Below, one piece after another: positions 1-9,094 of a DNA stretch of 64,000 nt. Source of the DNA: Acidobacteriota bacterium (lineage in GTDB: Bacteria; Acidobacteriota; Thermoanaerobaculia; Gp7-AA8). A program made the position numbers and the translations under genes. The notes beneath the pieces were generated by a model. It saw only the letters and a list, made by a program, of their open reading frames with translations, did not search any database and was not told where the DNA came from. Each line of letters opens with the position of its first letter. The first letter of the stretch is position 1. Location of the stretch: NCBI GenBank assembly GCA_019244185.1, contig JAFATB010000025.1:256001-320000 (forward strand), read 5' to 3'.

Positions 1-2
1 TC

Positions 3-671
3 GCGGTAGCGCGCCGCGAGCTCGCGCCCTTCCGCCGCGGGCACGCTGTCGTCGTCGCCGCCGTGGATCACCAGCAGCGGCACGCGCAGCAGCTCCGCCG
101 CCGCGCCGATGTCGAGCCGCGCGCGGTGCGCCTCGTAGTCGTCGAGGATCTTCGTCGACAGGCGCATCACCTGTTTGGTACGCAGGTTGACTACCTCCGT
201 GTACCCGCGCGTACGCCAGTCGCGTTTCGCCGCCTCGTCCCAGCGGTCCGCGCGGCCGATCGGGCTCCACGCCACGACGCCGCGCAGGCCCGGTACGTCG
301 CCCGCGCCGAGGATGGCCACGCCGCCGCCGCGCGAATGCCCGAGCAGGAAGGTCGGCAGATGCGGGAGCCGCTGCTGCGCGTACGCGACGACCTTGCGCA
401 GATCGGCGAGCTGCGTCGAATACGTATCGTCGGCGAAGAGGTCGAGGCGATCGAACGTTTCCGGATCGTCACCGATCCCCGAGCGCGACATGTTGAAGCG
501 GCAGACCGCGAGCCGGTGCTGCGTCAGCCGGTGCGCGAGCCACGGAAAAAAGCTCCAGTCCTGAAAGCCTTTGAAGCCGTGCACGACGACCACGAGCGCG
601 CGCGGCGACTCGGCCATCTCGAGAGTGCCGCGGATCGGAAGCCCTTCGTCGGAGTCGATGGTGAATCGCAC
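3..671 (-). CDS. alpha/beta hydrolase (3' end runs off window)
   Basis: Translated by hand from GTG at 671 (absent from the ORF track): VVHGFKGFQDWSFFPW, nucleophile motif GHSRGG, then LLVIHGGDDDSVP. Confidence 0.88.
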   Translation of the reverse strand, partial: MRFTIDSDEGLPIRGTLEMAESPRALVVVVHGFKGFQDWSFFPWLAHRLTQHRLAVCRFNMSRSGIGDDPETFDRLDLFADDTYSTQLADLRKVVAYAQQRLPHLPTFLLGHSRGGGVAILGAGDVPGLRGVVAWSPIGRADRWDEAAKRDWRTRGYTEVVNLRTKQVMRLSTKILDDYEAHRARLDIGAAAELLRVPLLVIHGGDDDSVPAAEGRELAARYR

Positions 672-694
672 GGTCGAGACGTTTGCAGCAGGAT

Positions 695-1789
695 TCAGAC
701 GTTGAAGCGGAACAGGATCACGTCCCCATCCTGCACTTCATAATCCTTGCCTTCGCTGCGCATCTTCCCGGCCGCCTTCGCGCCCTGCTCGCCTTTGCAG
801 GCGATGTAGTCGTCGAAGCCGATCGTCTCCGCGCGGATGAAACCGCGCTCGAAATCGCTGTGGATCTTCCCCGCCGCCTGCGGCGCGCGCGAGCCGCGAT
901 GGATCGTCCAAGCGCGCGCTTCCTTCGGCCCGGCGGTGAAGAACGTCTCGAGGTCGAGCAGCTTGTACGCGGCGCGCACGAGGACGGCGAGGCCCGGCTC
1001 GTCGAGTCCCATCTCTTTCAGGAAATCGATCCGCTCTTCCGGCGGCAGCTGCGCGATCTGCGCCTCGAGCTCGCCGCAGATGACGACGATTTCCCCGCCC
1101 TTGTCCGCCGCGACACGCCGCAGTTTCTGCAGCAGCGGCGTTTCCTGCCCGAGATCGTTCTCGGCGACGTTCGCGACGTAGAGGACGGGCTTCATCGTGA
1201 TGAGGTTCAGCTCCGCGAGCGCGTCGCGTTCCTCGTCCGAGAGTCCCGCCGCGCGCAGCGGCGTCCCTTTCTCGACTGCCGCGATCGCCTTCGCCAGCGC
1301 CTCGGCTTGCCCCGCGTATTCTTTCTGGCCGACGCGCGCGAGCCGCGAGACGCGCTCGTTGCGCTTCGCCAGCGCATCGAGATCGGCGAGCAGCAGCTCG
1401 GTCTCGATCACTTCGACGTCGCGCTCCGGATCGACCGAGCCTTCGACGTGCACGACGTTCGGATCGTCGAAGCAGCGCACGACGTGGAGGATCGCGTCCG
1501 TCTCACGGATGTTCGCGAGGAACTGATTGCCCAACCCCTCGCCTTTGCTCGCGCCGCGCACGAGGCCGGCGATGTCGACGACTTTGAGATCGGTGAAGAC
1601 GATCTGCTTGCTCTCGGCGAGCTTCGCGATGGTGACGAGGCGCGGATCGTTGACGGGCACGATGCCGACGTTCGGCTCGATCGTGCAGAACGGATAGTTC
1701 GCGCTCTGCGCGCCGGCGGCGGTGAGCGCATTGAAGATCGTCGACTTGCCGACGTTCGGCAGCCCGACGATACCTACGGAGAGACCCAT
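695..1789 (-). CDS. ychF: redox-regulated ATPase YchF (Obg family)
   Basis: GIVGLPNVGKST, ANYPFCTIEPN, DIAGLVRGASKGEGLGNQFL, C-terminal EGKDYEVQDGDVILFRFNV. Confidence 0.98.
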   Translation of the reverse strand: MGLSVGIVGLPNVGKSTIFNALTAAGAQSANYPFCTIEPNVGIVPVNDPRLVTIAKLAESKQIVFTDLKVVDIAGLVRGASKGEGLGNQFLANIRETDAILHVVRCFDDPNVVHVEGSVDPERDVEVIETELLLADLDALAKRNERVSRLARVGQKEYAGQAEALAKAIAAVEKGTPLRAAGLSDEERDALAELNLITMKPVLYVANVAENDLGQETPLLQKLRRVAADKGGEIVVICGELEAQIAQLPPEERIDFLKEMGLDEPGLAVLVRAAYKLLDLETFFTAGPKEARAWTIHRGSRAPQAAGKIHSDFERGFIRAETIGFDDYIACKGEQGAKAAGKMRSEGKDYEVQDGDVILFRFNV

Positions 1790-1793
1790 GCGG

Positions 1794-2720
1794 TTAACTG
1801 CTCCTTCGCGCCTGTTCCAGCGCGCCCAACAGCCCGACCTCTTCGTTGGTGATGAGGTCGACGGGGATGGTTTCCATCAACCCGCGAAACCGTCCTTTAC
1901 GCAGAAAGGCTTCGACGAATTTCCCATCGGTGAACCAGCGCACGTTTTTCGCGGCGATTCCGCCCGCGAGAAACACGCCTCCACGCGCCAGCACGCGCAA
2001 GGCCATGTTCCCCGCCTCGGCACCATAGATGTCGACGAAGATCGTGAACGCGCGCGCCGCACGTTCGTCGCCGGCATCGGCGCGCTCGGCGATCTCGGCG
2101 GGGTCGAGCTCCTCCCCGCCGAGGAACGTAAAGATGTTGACCAAACCCATGCCGGACAGCAGCCGCTCCCAGCTGACATGGCCGCCGTACCGCGCCTGCA
2201 GCGCGAGAAAGAGCCGCGCCTGCTCTTCGTCCTGCGGCGCGAAGTCGGCGTGGCCGCCTTCGGTGGAGATGACGTGATGGATGTTGTGATGCGTCGTGAC
2301 GATGGCCTGCCCGAGACCGGTGCCCGCGCCGAGGATCGCCATCGGCGCGCCGCGGTCGCGCGTGCCGGCATGCAGTGAAAGCAGGTCCTTCTCGCCGAGG
2401 AGCGGCACGCCCATGGCGATGCCGTAGAAATCGTTGATGAGCGCCACGTGCGCGATCGAGAACTGCCGCGCGAGCGCCGCCTCGTCGATCGTCCAGCCGA
2501 CGTTCGTCACTTCCGCGCGCCGCGCGTAGACCGGACCCGCGACGGCGAAACACGCGGAATCGACGGGACCGTGAATGCGGCCGAGAAAGTCGCGCACGAG
2601 GTCGTCGAACGTCGCGAAGGCGCTGCTGTCGTAACGCTCCTCGTGCAGCGTCGAACCGTCCGCCTCGATGCAGCGCAGCAGCGTCTTCGTGCCGCCGACG
2701 TCGCCGCCGAGAAGCCTCAC
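1794..2720 (-). CDS. glk: glucokinase
   Basis: GTG at 2720 overlaps the upstream TGA; GGDVGGTKT, INDF, GAGTGLG, TEGGHADF, GGVFLAGGI. Confidence 0.92.
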   Translation of the reverse strand: MRLLGGDVGGTKTLLRCIEADGSTLHEERYDSSAFATFDDLVRDFLGRIHGPVDSACFAVAGPVYARRAEVTNVGWTIDEAALARQFSIAHVALINDFYGIAMGVPLLGEKDLLSLHAGTRDRGAPMAILGAGTGLGQAIVTTHHNIHHVISTEGGHADFAPQDEEQARLFLALQARYGGHVSWERLLSGMGLVNIFTFLGGEELDPAEIAERADAGDERAARAFTIFVDIYGAEAGNMALRVLARGGVFLAGGIAAKNVRWFTDGKFVEAFLRKGRFRGLMETIPVDLITNEEVGLLGALEQARRSS

Positions 2721-3259
2721 GCGGACTCCACCAGCGCCTTCAGCCGCGCCAGCGCCGCCGACCAGAACTCCTTCTTCTCCGCGACCGCATCCTTGCTCGC
2801 CAGCTTCGCGTGCTCGACCGCGACGACGGAACGACCGCCGTCTTTGGTCGAGAAGTTGACGTCGACGTTCGTGTCGTCGCCCCACGTGATGCGCAGCGAC
2901 TTCACGTCCGATGCCTTGCGGACGGTCAGCTTCTCGCGCCCGAGCCAGCGCGCGCGGCGGCGGCCGTCCGTCCACGCCGCGTACACCTCGTCCACCGGCG
3001 CGGCGATGGTGCGGCTGACGTTCGCGACGTAGCCGCCCGCGGTCTGATGCACCTCGCGCAGTCCGCGCTCGCGCTCGTACGTCACCGTGACCATCTGCTG
3101 CCACCACGGCGTCGCGCCGTACTTGTCGCCGACGATGGCCACGATCTCCTGATGCGAGCGTTTCCGCGCGCCTTCTTTGTCGAGGATGCGCAGCCATTCG
3201 CTCCAGTCGCGTCCCGTAGCCTTGCGCACCGCGTCGTCGCCGATTGCTCTCATCGCCAT
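2717..3259 (-). CDS. DUF4287-like N-terminus with SRPBCC/AHSA1-like domain
   Basis: AVRKATGRDWSEW, WWQQMVTVTYE, SRTIAAPVDEVYAAWTD. Confidence 0.75.
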   Translation of the reverse strand: MAMRAIGDDAVRKATGRDWSEWLRILDKEGARKRSHQEIVAIVGDKYGATPWWQQMVTVTYERERGLREVHQTAGGYVANVSRTIAAPVDEVYAAWTDGRRRARWLGREKLTVRKASDVKSLRITWGDDTNVDVNFSTKDGGRSVVAVEHAKLASKDAVAEKKEFWSAALARLKALVESA

Positions 3260-3269
3260 CGCTCACCTC

Positions 3270-3773
3270 TCACGCGAACGGATTTTCGTCCGCGCTCGTC
3301 CCGTAGATCGCCGGCACCGGCACGTCGAGGAGCCGCAGGTAAACCGAGAGTTGCCCGCGGTGATGATAGGAATGATTGAGGAGGATGTTGCGGACGACGC
3401 CGATCTTCGGGAACGTGCGCAGCACGGTGTCGCCGCGGCGCAGATGAAAGTCCTGCTTGAGCTCTTCGTCGGAGAGTCCGCGCAGGTACTCGGTCGCCGC
3501 CGCGAGGTTGTCGCGGAAGCGCTGCACGATCGCGGCGCTGCTGCCCGGATCTTCCGTCGACGGACGCGCGCTGCCCATGTCGAGGAAGCCGTCGCGGAGG
3601 CGCTTCTCGACGATCGACGGAATCGCGGCGATGTGCGATGCGAGGCGGCCGAGGGTCATCGAGCGCTCGTGCGGCGCCCAGCCGAGCTTGTCGTCGGGCA
3701 CGCGTTCGAGGATGCGGATCGTCGACGCCGCTTCCATGTCGAGCTCCGACAGAACGTAGTTGATGATGGCCAT
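3270..3773 (-). CDS. DinB family protein
   Basis: WAPHERSMTLGRLASH and NHSYHHRGQLSVYLRLL motifs; GGGAGG RBS before ATG 3773. Confidence 0.9.
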   Translation of the reverse strand: MAIINYVLSELDMEAASTIRILERVPDDKLGWAPHERSMTLGRLASHIAAIPSIVEKRLRDGFLDMGSARPSTEDPGSSAAIVQRFRDNLAAATEYLRGLSDEELKQDFHLRRGDTVLRTFPKIGVVRNILLNHSYHHRGQLSVYLRLLDVPVPAIYGTSADENPFA

Positions 3774-3811
3774 GAAGTTCCTCCCGAAACGCGAATATAT
3801 ACTTCTCGCAC

Positions 3812-4348
3812 ATGCCATCCGGGGGGGAGCCGCCCGCAGCGGAGCCGGCCGGCTCGGTTGCCGGCGTCGAAGACGCCTATAAAGCCCATTCGGCGCTGCT
3901 GCGCGACATCGCGGAGAAGAAGTTCAACATCCCGGCCGGCGACGCGGAGAGCGTCGTCAGCGAGGTGTTCACCGCGTATCTCGTGCGGCGCGATCAGGTG
4001 CGCGACGCGCGCAAGTGGCTGATCGGCGCGGTTTGCCATGCGAGCCGCGCGTACTGGCGCGTGGCCACGAAGACCGCGCCGCTGCCGTCGGATGTGGCCG
4101 AATACACCGATCCGCGGTCGGCAGGACTGGAAGGGCGCATCCTCGACCGCGTTACGATGGCCGCGGCGCTCAACCTGGTCGGCCCGAAGTGCCGGGAGAC
4201 CCTCCGCCTCTACTACGCCGAGGGCTACTCGGCCGCGGAAATCGCCGAACACTACGGCACCACGACCGGGTACGTCATGCAACTCCTCCACGCGTGCCGG
4301 AATCGCATGCGGAAGGCGTATGACGAGCTGCGGAAGGACAAGGGTTGA
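3812..4348 (+). CDS. ECF-type sigma-70 factor
   Basis: Region 2 DAESVVSEVF...KWLIGAV; region 4 CRETLRLYYAEGYSAAEIAE. Confidence 0.85.
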   Translation: MPSGGEPPAAEPAGSVAGVEDAYKAHSALLRDIAEKKFNIPAGDAESVVSEVFTAYLVRRDQVRDARKWLIGAVCHASRAYWRVATKTAPLPSDVAEYTDPRSAGLEGRILDRVTMAAALNLVGPKCRETLRLYYAEGYSAAEIAEHYGTTTGYVMQLLHACRNRMRKAYDELRKDKG

Positions 4349-5706
4349 CGCGGCATTACGACGAGTGGGTGCTGCAGGATTACCTGGACGATCCTGACAG
4401 CGTCGGAGACCGCGCGGAGCTGGAAGAGCATCTCGCCGGCTGCGCGGAATGCCGCGCCGTGCTCGACGAGCTGCGCGCGTTCGAAGCGGCGCTCGCGGGC
4501 GACGAGCTGTGGGAGCTCGCCGGCGATGCGCCGCCGCGCGAGGAAGAGACACCCGAGGCGCTGCGCGCGCTCGCCGATCTCTTCGAGCGCGAAGACCGCG
4601 AAGCCTCCGAGCTCCTCGGCACACTGCTCGCCAGTCCCGCCTCGTTCCGCCGCGCGAACATCACCTCGCAGCCGGCGATGCGCACGGCCGGCGTCGTGCG
4701 CCGCCTCTGCAGCGAGTCGCGCACGCTGCGCGAACGGCAGCCGATGCACGCGCTCGTCGTCGCCGACGCGGCGATCGCGATCGGCGATCAGCTCTCGCCG
4801 GAGCGCTATCCCTCCGCGCTCATCGACGAGCTGCGCGCCGCCGCGTGGCTCGAGCGCGCGAATGTTCTTCGCTACCTCGGCCGCTATCCCGAGGCGCTCG
4901 ACGCGCTCGACATCGCCGAACGCGGCTTCGCGCGGTCGCCGGTCGCGGCGTATTCACGCGCGCTCGTCGACTACGTGCGCGCGGTCGTCTTCGTCGAAAC
5001 GGAACGGCTCGATGAAGGACGCCGCCTCGCTCGCAACAGCGCGCGCGTGTTCCGCCAGTTCGGCGAGGACGAGCGCTTCATCCACGCGAAGATCGTCGAG
5101 GCGTCGGTGCTGTTCGATCAGCATCGCTACCGCGAGGCGCGCGATCTCTTTCTCTCGCTCGTGCGCGTGGCGACCGCCGTCGGTCAGGGCGCGACGCTGG
5201 CGCGGCTCTACCAGAACGTCGCCACGTGTCATCTGCGCCTCAACGAGCTCGACGCCGCCGACACGTACTTCGAGCGCGCGCTCTCGCTCTATCGCGCCCT
5301 CGGGCTCGAGACGGAACGCGTGCGGACGCAGTGGAGCGTCGGCTGCGTGCGCATCGCGCGCGGCGACATCGCGGTCGGCCTGGGGCAGTTGCGCGAGGCA
5401 AGGCGCGAGTTCGCCGAGCTCGGGCTGCGCAGCGACGCGGCGCTGGTGACGCTCGACCTCGCGGAGACGCTGCTCGCCACCGGCACGCGCCCCGCGATCG
5501 CCGAGGCGGCGGAGCTGTGCGGCGCGCTCGTCGAGAGCTTCACCGCCGTCGGCATGACCGGGCACGCGCTCACCGCGCTGGCGTTCCTGCGCGAGGCGTT
5601 CGCCGCCGGAACGGCCACGCCGGATCTCGTCCGGCACATCCGGCAGTACATCGAGAGCCTGCCCGATCAGCGCGACCTCCCCTTCCTTCCGCCACCCCGC
5701 CTATAA
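4345..5706 (+). CDS. zinc-binding anti-sigma (ZAS/zf-HC2) domain fused to soluble TPR repeats
   Basis: HLAGCAEC (HxxxCxxC); TPR-like units LGRYPEALDALDIA and LNELDAADTYFERAL; TTG start overlaps the sigma TGA; no transmembrane helix seen. Confidence 0.82.
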   Translation: MTRHYDEWVLQDYLDDPDSVGDRAELEEHLAGCAECRAVLDELRAFEAALAGDELWELAGDAPPREEETPEALRALADLFEREDREASELLGTLLASPASFRRANITSQPAMRTAGVVRRLCSESRTLRERQPMHALVVADAAIAIGDQLSPERYPSALIDELRAAAWLERANVLRYLGRYPEALDALDIAERGFARSPVAAYSRALVDYVRAVVFVETERLDEGRRLARNSARVFRQFGEDERFIHAKIVEASVLFDQHRYREARDLFLSLVRVATAVGQGATLARLYQNVATCHLRLNELDAADTYFERALSLYRALGLETERVRTQWSVGCVRIARGDIAVGLGQLREARREFAELGLRSDAALVTLDLAETLLATGTRPAIAEAAELCGALVESFTAVGMTGHALTALAFLREAFAAGTATPDLVRHIRQYIESLPDQRDLPFLPPPRL

Positions 5707-5783
5707 GGTTTTCCCGAGTCACGACACTCCCTTTTTGAGGGCCCTCCATCACAACGCCTTTCGGGGCGGAAGGAGGGGTGCGC

Positions 5784-5852
5784 GTGGATGTCGTTCTCAT
5801 TCTCGCCACGATGGTGGTGGTGTATCACCGTCTGTCCATCCCCGGGTCGTAA
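5784..5852 (+). CDS. putative 22-aa hydrophobic peptide MDVVLILATMVVVYHRLSIPGS
   Basis: AGGAGG at 5771-5776, GTG at 5784, TAA at 5850-5852; too short for the ORF track. Confidence 0.5.
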   Translation: MDVVLILATMVVVYHRLSIPGS

Positions 5853-5871
5853 CCTTCCAGGCATGCAGTAA

Positions 5872-5969
5872 ACCCTCTCAACGAGGCGGGGAGAGGGTGC
5901 CGGGCTCCGGATGAAGGATCGCTTGAAGCCCATTCCTTCGACGACACTCACCCTTCATTCGGAGCCCGG
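5872..5969. other. two RNA stem-loops downstream of the peptide ORF
   Basis: ACCCTCTC 5872-5879 pairs with GAGAGGGT 5891-5898; 18-bp stem 5900-5917 with 5952-5969 (one G-U). Confidence 0.6.
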
Positions 5970-6050
5970 ATCTTGCCGGCCCGGCCGGCAGCGCTGGTTG
6001 GCCCAGCCTTCTTCCGGCTCGCTGCTTGACCGCACACCGTTCGCAGTCTT

Positions 6051-7268
6051 CTAGTTCGCTTCAGGATCCAACTTCACCTTGATCCAGCCCGCCTCGCGGC
6101 GGTCGAAGTGCTCGTACGCTTCGATCGCGCCGGTCATCGGCGTCTCCTGCGTGAGGATCACCGCCGGATCGATCGCGCCGGCCTGCACGAGCTCGATGAG
6201 CTCGGGGATGTATTTGCGGTGGTGGCAGTTGCCCATCTGCACGGTGAGGTTCTTGTTCATGGCCATGCCGATCGGGAACGTCTTCGCCGTCTCGGGATAG
6301 ACGCCGATGATCGAGAGCGTGCCCGCCTTCGCGAGCGACTCGACCGCCCACGACAGGACGAGCGACGGCGCATCGCCGGGATGCCACAGATCGCCGTCGG
6401 TATTCTGCTTCGGCGCGATCTCTTTCTGCTCTTCCTCGAACTTCTCTTTCTGCGGCGCGGTCGCTTTCGCGGCCGGTCCGTGATGCGGACGCACGGCGTC
6501 GACGCCGACGGCATCGATGGCGCGGTCGACGCCGATCTTTCCGGTGAGGCGCTTGAGCGTGAGCACGGGATGCTCTTCCTCGAAGTTGATCGCCTCCGCG
6601 CCGAGCTCGCGCGCCTTGTCGAGCCGCGACGGTATGCAGTCAACGGCGAGCACGCGTCCCGCGCCGAGAAGCCGCGCGCTGGCGATGGCGAACAGGCCGA
6701 CCGGGCCGCAGCCGAACACCCCGACCGTGTCGCCATCGCGGATCTCCGCGAGGTCCGCGCCCATGAAGCCGGTTGGAAAGATGTCGGAGAGCAGGATCGC
6801 GCGGTCGTCGTCGAGCGCATCGGGAAGCTTCACCAGTCCCACATGCGCGAACGGCACGCGCACTTTCTCGGCCTGCATGCCGTCGAAGCCGCCGCTCGTC
6901 TCCGGTCCGCCGAAGAACGCGGTGCCGGCCTCGCGTCCTTTCGGGTTGGCCTCGTCGCATTGCGCGAAGTAGCCGGCGCGGCAATACGCGCACGAGCCGC
7001 ATGCGATCGTCGACGGGATGACGACGCGGTCGCCGGGCCGCAGATTGCGCACGTCCTTGCCGACTTCCTCGACGATGCCGACGCCTTCATGGCCGAGGAT
7101 CGTGCCCTTCTTCATGCCCGGCATGGTGCCGCGGATCATGTGCAGGTCGGTGCCGCAGATCGCGCTCGCGGTCAGCCGCACGATCGCGTCCGTGGCCTCG
7201 CGAATCTTCGGCTCCTTCACCTCGTCGAGCCGGATGTCTCCAATTCCGTGAAAAACCACCGCCTTCAT
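6051..7268 (-). CDS. zinc-dependent alcohol/formaldehyde dehydrogenase (MDR family)
   Basis: ICGTDLH, GHEGVG, CGSCAYC...C, GCGPVG; GGAGG RBS. Confidence 0.93.
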   Translation of the reverse strand: MKAVVFHGIGDIRLDEVKEPKIREATDAIVRLTASAICGTDLHMIRGTMPGMKKGTILGHEGVGIVEEVGKDVRNLRPGDRVVIPSTIACGSCAYCRAGYFAQCDEANPKGREAGTAFFGGPETSGGFDGMQAEKVRVPFAHVGLVKLPDALDDDRAILLSDIFPTGFMGADLAEIRDGDTVGVFGCGPVGLFAIASARLLGAGRVLAVDCIPSRLDKARELGAEAINFEEEHPVLTLKRLTGKIGVDRAIDAVGVDAVRPHHGPAAKATAPQKEKFEEEQKEIAPKQNTDGDLWHPGDAPSLVLSWAVESLAKAGTLSIIGVYPETAKTFPIGMAMNKNLTVQMGNCHHRKYIPELIELVQAGAIDPAVILTQETPMTGAIEAYEHFDRREAGWIKVKLDPEAN

Positions 7269-7346
7269 GGAACTCCTCCTCTTTTGCTGCTGGTGCAAAG
7301 GGGGTGCGCGCTTCCAGGAGGGCACGACGTCACCGCCGGCGCCGCT

Positions 7347-7808
7347 TCACTGACGGCGTGACGATGCGCGGTACGCGCGCGGGTACGCGAACCAGAGCAG
7401 GAGGAACAGCGCGAAGAGGACCGCGGCGACCGCGCCGCTCAGCGCGGAATCGTGCAGCACCATGTTCAGCACCAGAAAGACGTCGAGCGAGATGCCGCCC
7501 GCCAGCGCGACCATCGCCGAGAGGAGCAAACGCGACGCGGAGCTCAGGAACCGATCCGTTGCTTCCCGCGGCTCCGCCTGACGATGCAGCGCCGCGGGCG
7601 TCATGAGCAGCGCGATCGCCACGACGACCAGCACGATCGCGGACAGATGCAGTTCCTGCTCGCGCGGCGCGAGCCGTTCGAAGAAGCCATTGTTAAAGAC
7701 CGCGATCATCTGGAACCCGAACAGCGCCTGAATGCCCGGCAGCACCATGCGGCATTCATCGAGGAGGTCGCTGACCGCGTCGGAGAGTTTCAGCTCTTCC
7801 CGTTCCAT
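7347..7808 (-). CDS. DUF6328-like membrane protein
   Basis: LLDECRMVLPGIQALFGFQ and LMTPAALHR; four hydrophobic segments. Confidence 0.8.
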   Translation of the reverse strand: MEREELKLSDAVSDLLDECRMVLPGIQALFGFQMIAVFNNGFFERLAPREQELHLSAIVLVVVAIALLMTPAALHRQAEPREATDRFLSSASRLLLSAMVALAGGISLDVFLVLNMVLHDSALSGAVAAVLFALFLLLWFAYPRAYRASSRRQ

Positions 7809-7830
7809 ACGACGTCGCACGCGCGCAGTA

Positions 7831-7844
7831 GCAGAAATGCTGCC
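7831..7844 (-). promoter_or_regulatory. putative sigma54 promoter
   Basis: Minus strand reads GG-CAGCATTTCT-GC (GG-N10-GC). Confidence 0.5.
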
Positions 7845-7922
7845 TTTTCCCTTGACTTAGCATGGGATACGGCGCAGATTTGCACATCGCGTAACCTTTG
7901 GTCGTCTCCTTAAGGTCTTCCC

Positions 7923-8339
7923 ATGGTGTCCACAGGCGAGGTTCTCATCGCCGATGACGATGCCGCCACGTGCAGCCTGCTCGCGGCCATCGTCCTGCGG
8001 CGCGGTCTCCGTCCCGTCGTCGTCACCGACGGACGGCGTGCCGTGACCCTGCTCTCCTCGCACGATTACACCGCCATCCTGCTCGACCTGCTCATGCCCG
8101 AAGTAAGCGGCGTCGAGGTCCTGGCGTGGCTCGCGTCGACCAAGCCAGAGGCGCTGCGCAATGTGATCGTGGTGACGGCCGCGCACGAAAGCGCGTGGGC
8201 CGCATGCCCCGAGATCGCGTTCATCCGCGGCCTCCACCGCAAGCCGTTCGATCTCGATCAGCTGATCGATGCGATCGACGCCTGCCGCGACGCGCAGGAA
8301 GAACGTCCCGGCGATCAGCAGCCGCGAAAATCACGCTGA
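7923..8339 (+). CDS. single-domain response regulator
   Basis: VLIADDD, LLDLLMP, VVTA, KPFD. Confidence 0.9.
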   Translation: MVSTGEVLIADDDAATCSLLAAIVLRRGLRPVVVTDGRRAVTLLSSHDYTAILLDLLMPEVSGVEVLAWLASTKPEALRNVIVVTAAHESAWAACPEIAFIRGLHRKPFDLDQLIDAIDACRDAQEERPGDQQPRKSR

Positions 8340-8419
8340 CCGCCGGGACCCGGCAGGGACAGGCCGGCGCCGCACTGCAGGCGGCCCGGTGCCTCGAAGG
8401 AAACGCGCGACGCCGGCCG

Positions 8420-8438
8420 TTTTGCAGATCCTGCAAAA
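8420..8438. promoter_or_regulatory. palindromic operator TTTTGCAG-N3-CTGCAAAA
   Basis: Perfect 8-bp inverted repeat about 60 bp upstream of the XRE gene. Confidence 0.55.
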
Positions 8439-8500
8439 TTCGTGCGCTCCATCCAAAACCCTGAACGGCGTTTTCGCTGAGGCTGGTCTATCATCCTTCG

Positions 8501-8932
8501 ATGGTCGGAGAGAAACTGCGTTCCATTCGGCTTGGACAGAAGCGCTCGCTCGCGGACGTCGCGGGCGAAGCGAACATCAGCGTGGCGACGCTGTCCCGCA
8601 TCGAGAACGACAAGCAAACGCTCGACATCGCGATGTTCCTGATGCTCGCGCGCGTCCTCGAAGTCCTCCCCCACGAGCTCCTCGGCGATCTCGGAGGAAA
8701 CGGCGACGGCGACGGCGTCGATCCACTCGTACGCAAGATCGCCGGCTTCGACGGCCACGCCCGTACCGCCCTCTGGCGCGCCCTCGCCGACGCCTCACGC
8801 CGCGCCCAAACCGATCGCCCCCGCCGCGCACGCCTCCGCGAGATCTCCGAATACGTCGAGGAACTCCTCGCCCAACTCGAGTTCGTCCGCGAAGAACTCG
8901 ACGCCGTGCGTCGCAGGTTGCGCGAACGTTGA
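8501..8932 (+). CDS. XRE-family HTH transcriptional regulator
   Basis: GEKLRSIRLGQKRSLADVAGEANISVATLSRIEND. Confidence 0.88.
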   Translation: MVGEKLRSIRLGQKRSLADVAGEANISVATLSRIENDKQTLDIAMFLMLARVLEVLPHELLGDLGGNGDGDGVDPLVRKIAGFDGHARTALWRALADASRRAQTDRPRRARLREISEYVEELLAQLEFVREELDAVRRRLRER

Positions 8933-8943
8933 GTTGACCGAAG

Positions 8944-9088
8944 GGCCTCCGGCGGGCCGGCACGGCCGGCAGCGCTGAGGGCATAGCCAGTACGCACGTG
9001 CGGCTGCAGTCAACGACGTTAACCGCGACCTCACGTGCGTCTAGGCTAGGCCCTCAGCGCTGCCGGCCGTGCCGGCCCGCCGGAGGCC
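8944..9088. repeat. long inverted repeat (REP/MITE-like) between convergent genes
   Basis: Arms of about 45 bp (8944-8988 and 9044-9088) with one mismatch, extended inward by ACGCACGTG/CACGTGCGT. Confidence 0.85.
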
Positions 9089-9094
9089 TCTCGG

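Noticed and set aside
1794-3266. 490-aa glucokinase fusion
   Set aside because: The extension overlaps the SRPBCC-like gene in another frame; GTG 2720 gives a normal-length glucokinase
5667-5951. Minus-strand 94-aa ORF containing HHHH
   Set aside because: The His run is the reverse complement of the Met/Val codons of the plus-strand peptide, which has the better RBS; not fully excluded
7295-7308. Sigma54-like sites before the dehydrogenase (also near 26824-26837 and 31104)
   Set aside because: Each lacks the invariant GG or GC, so none was called
8944-9088. Possible CRISPR array
   Set aside because: One inverted pair with no repeat-spacer periodicity and no cas genes
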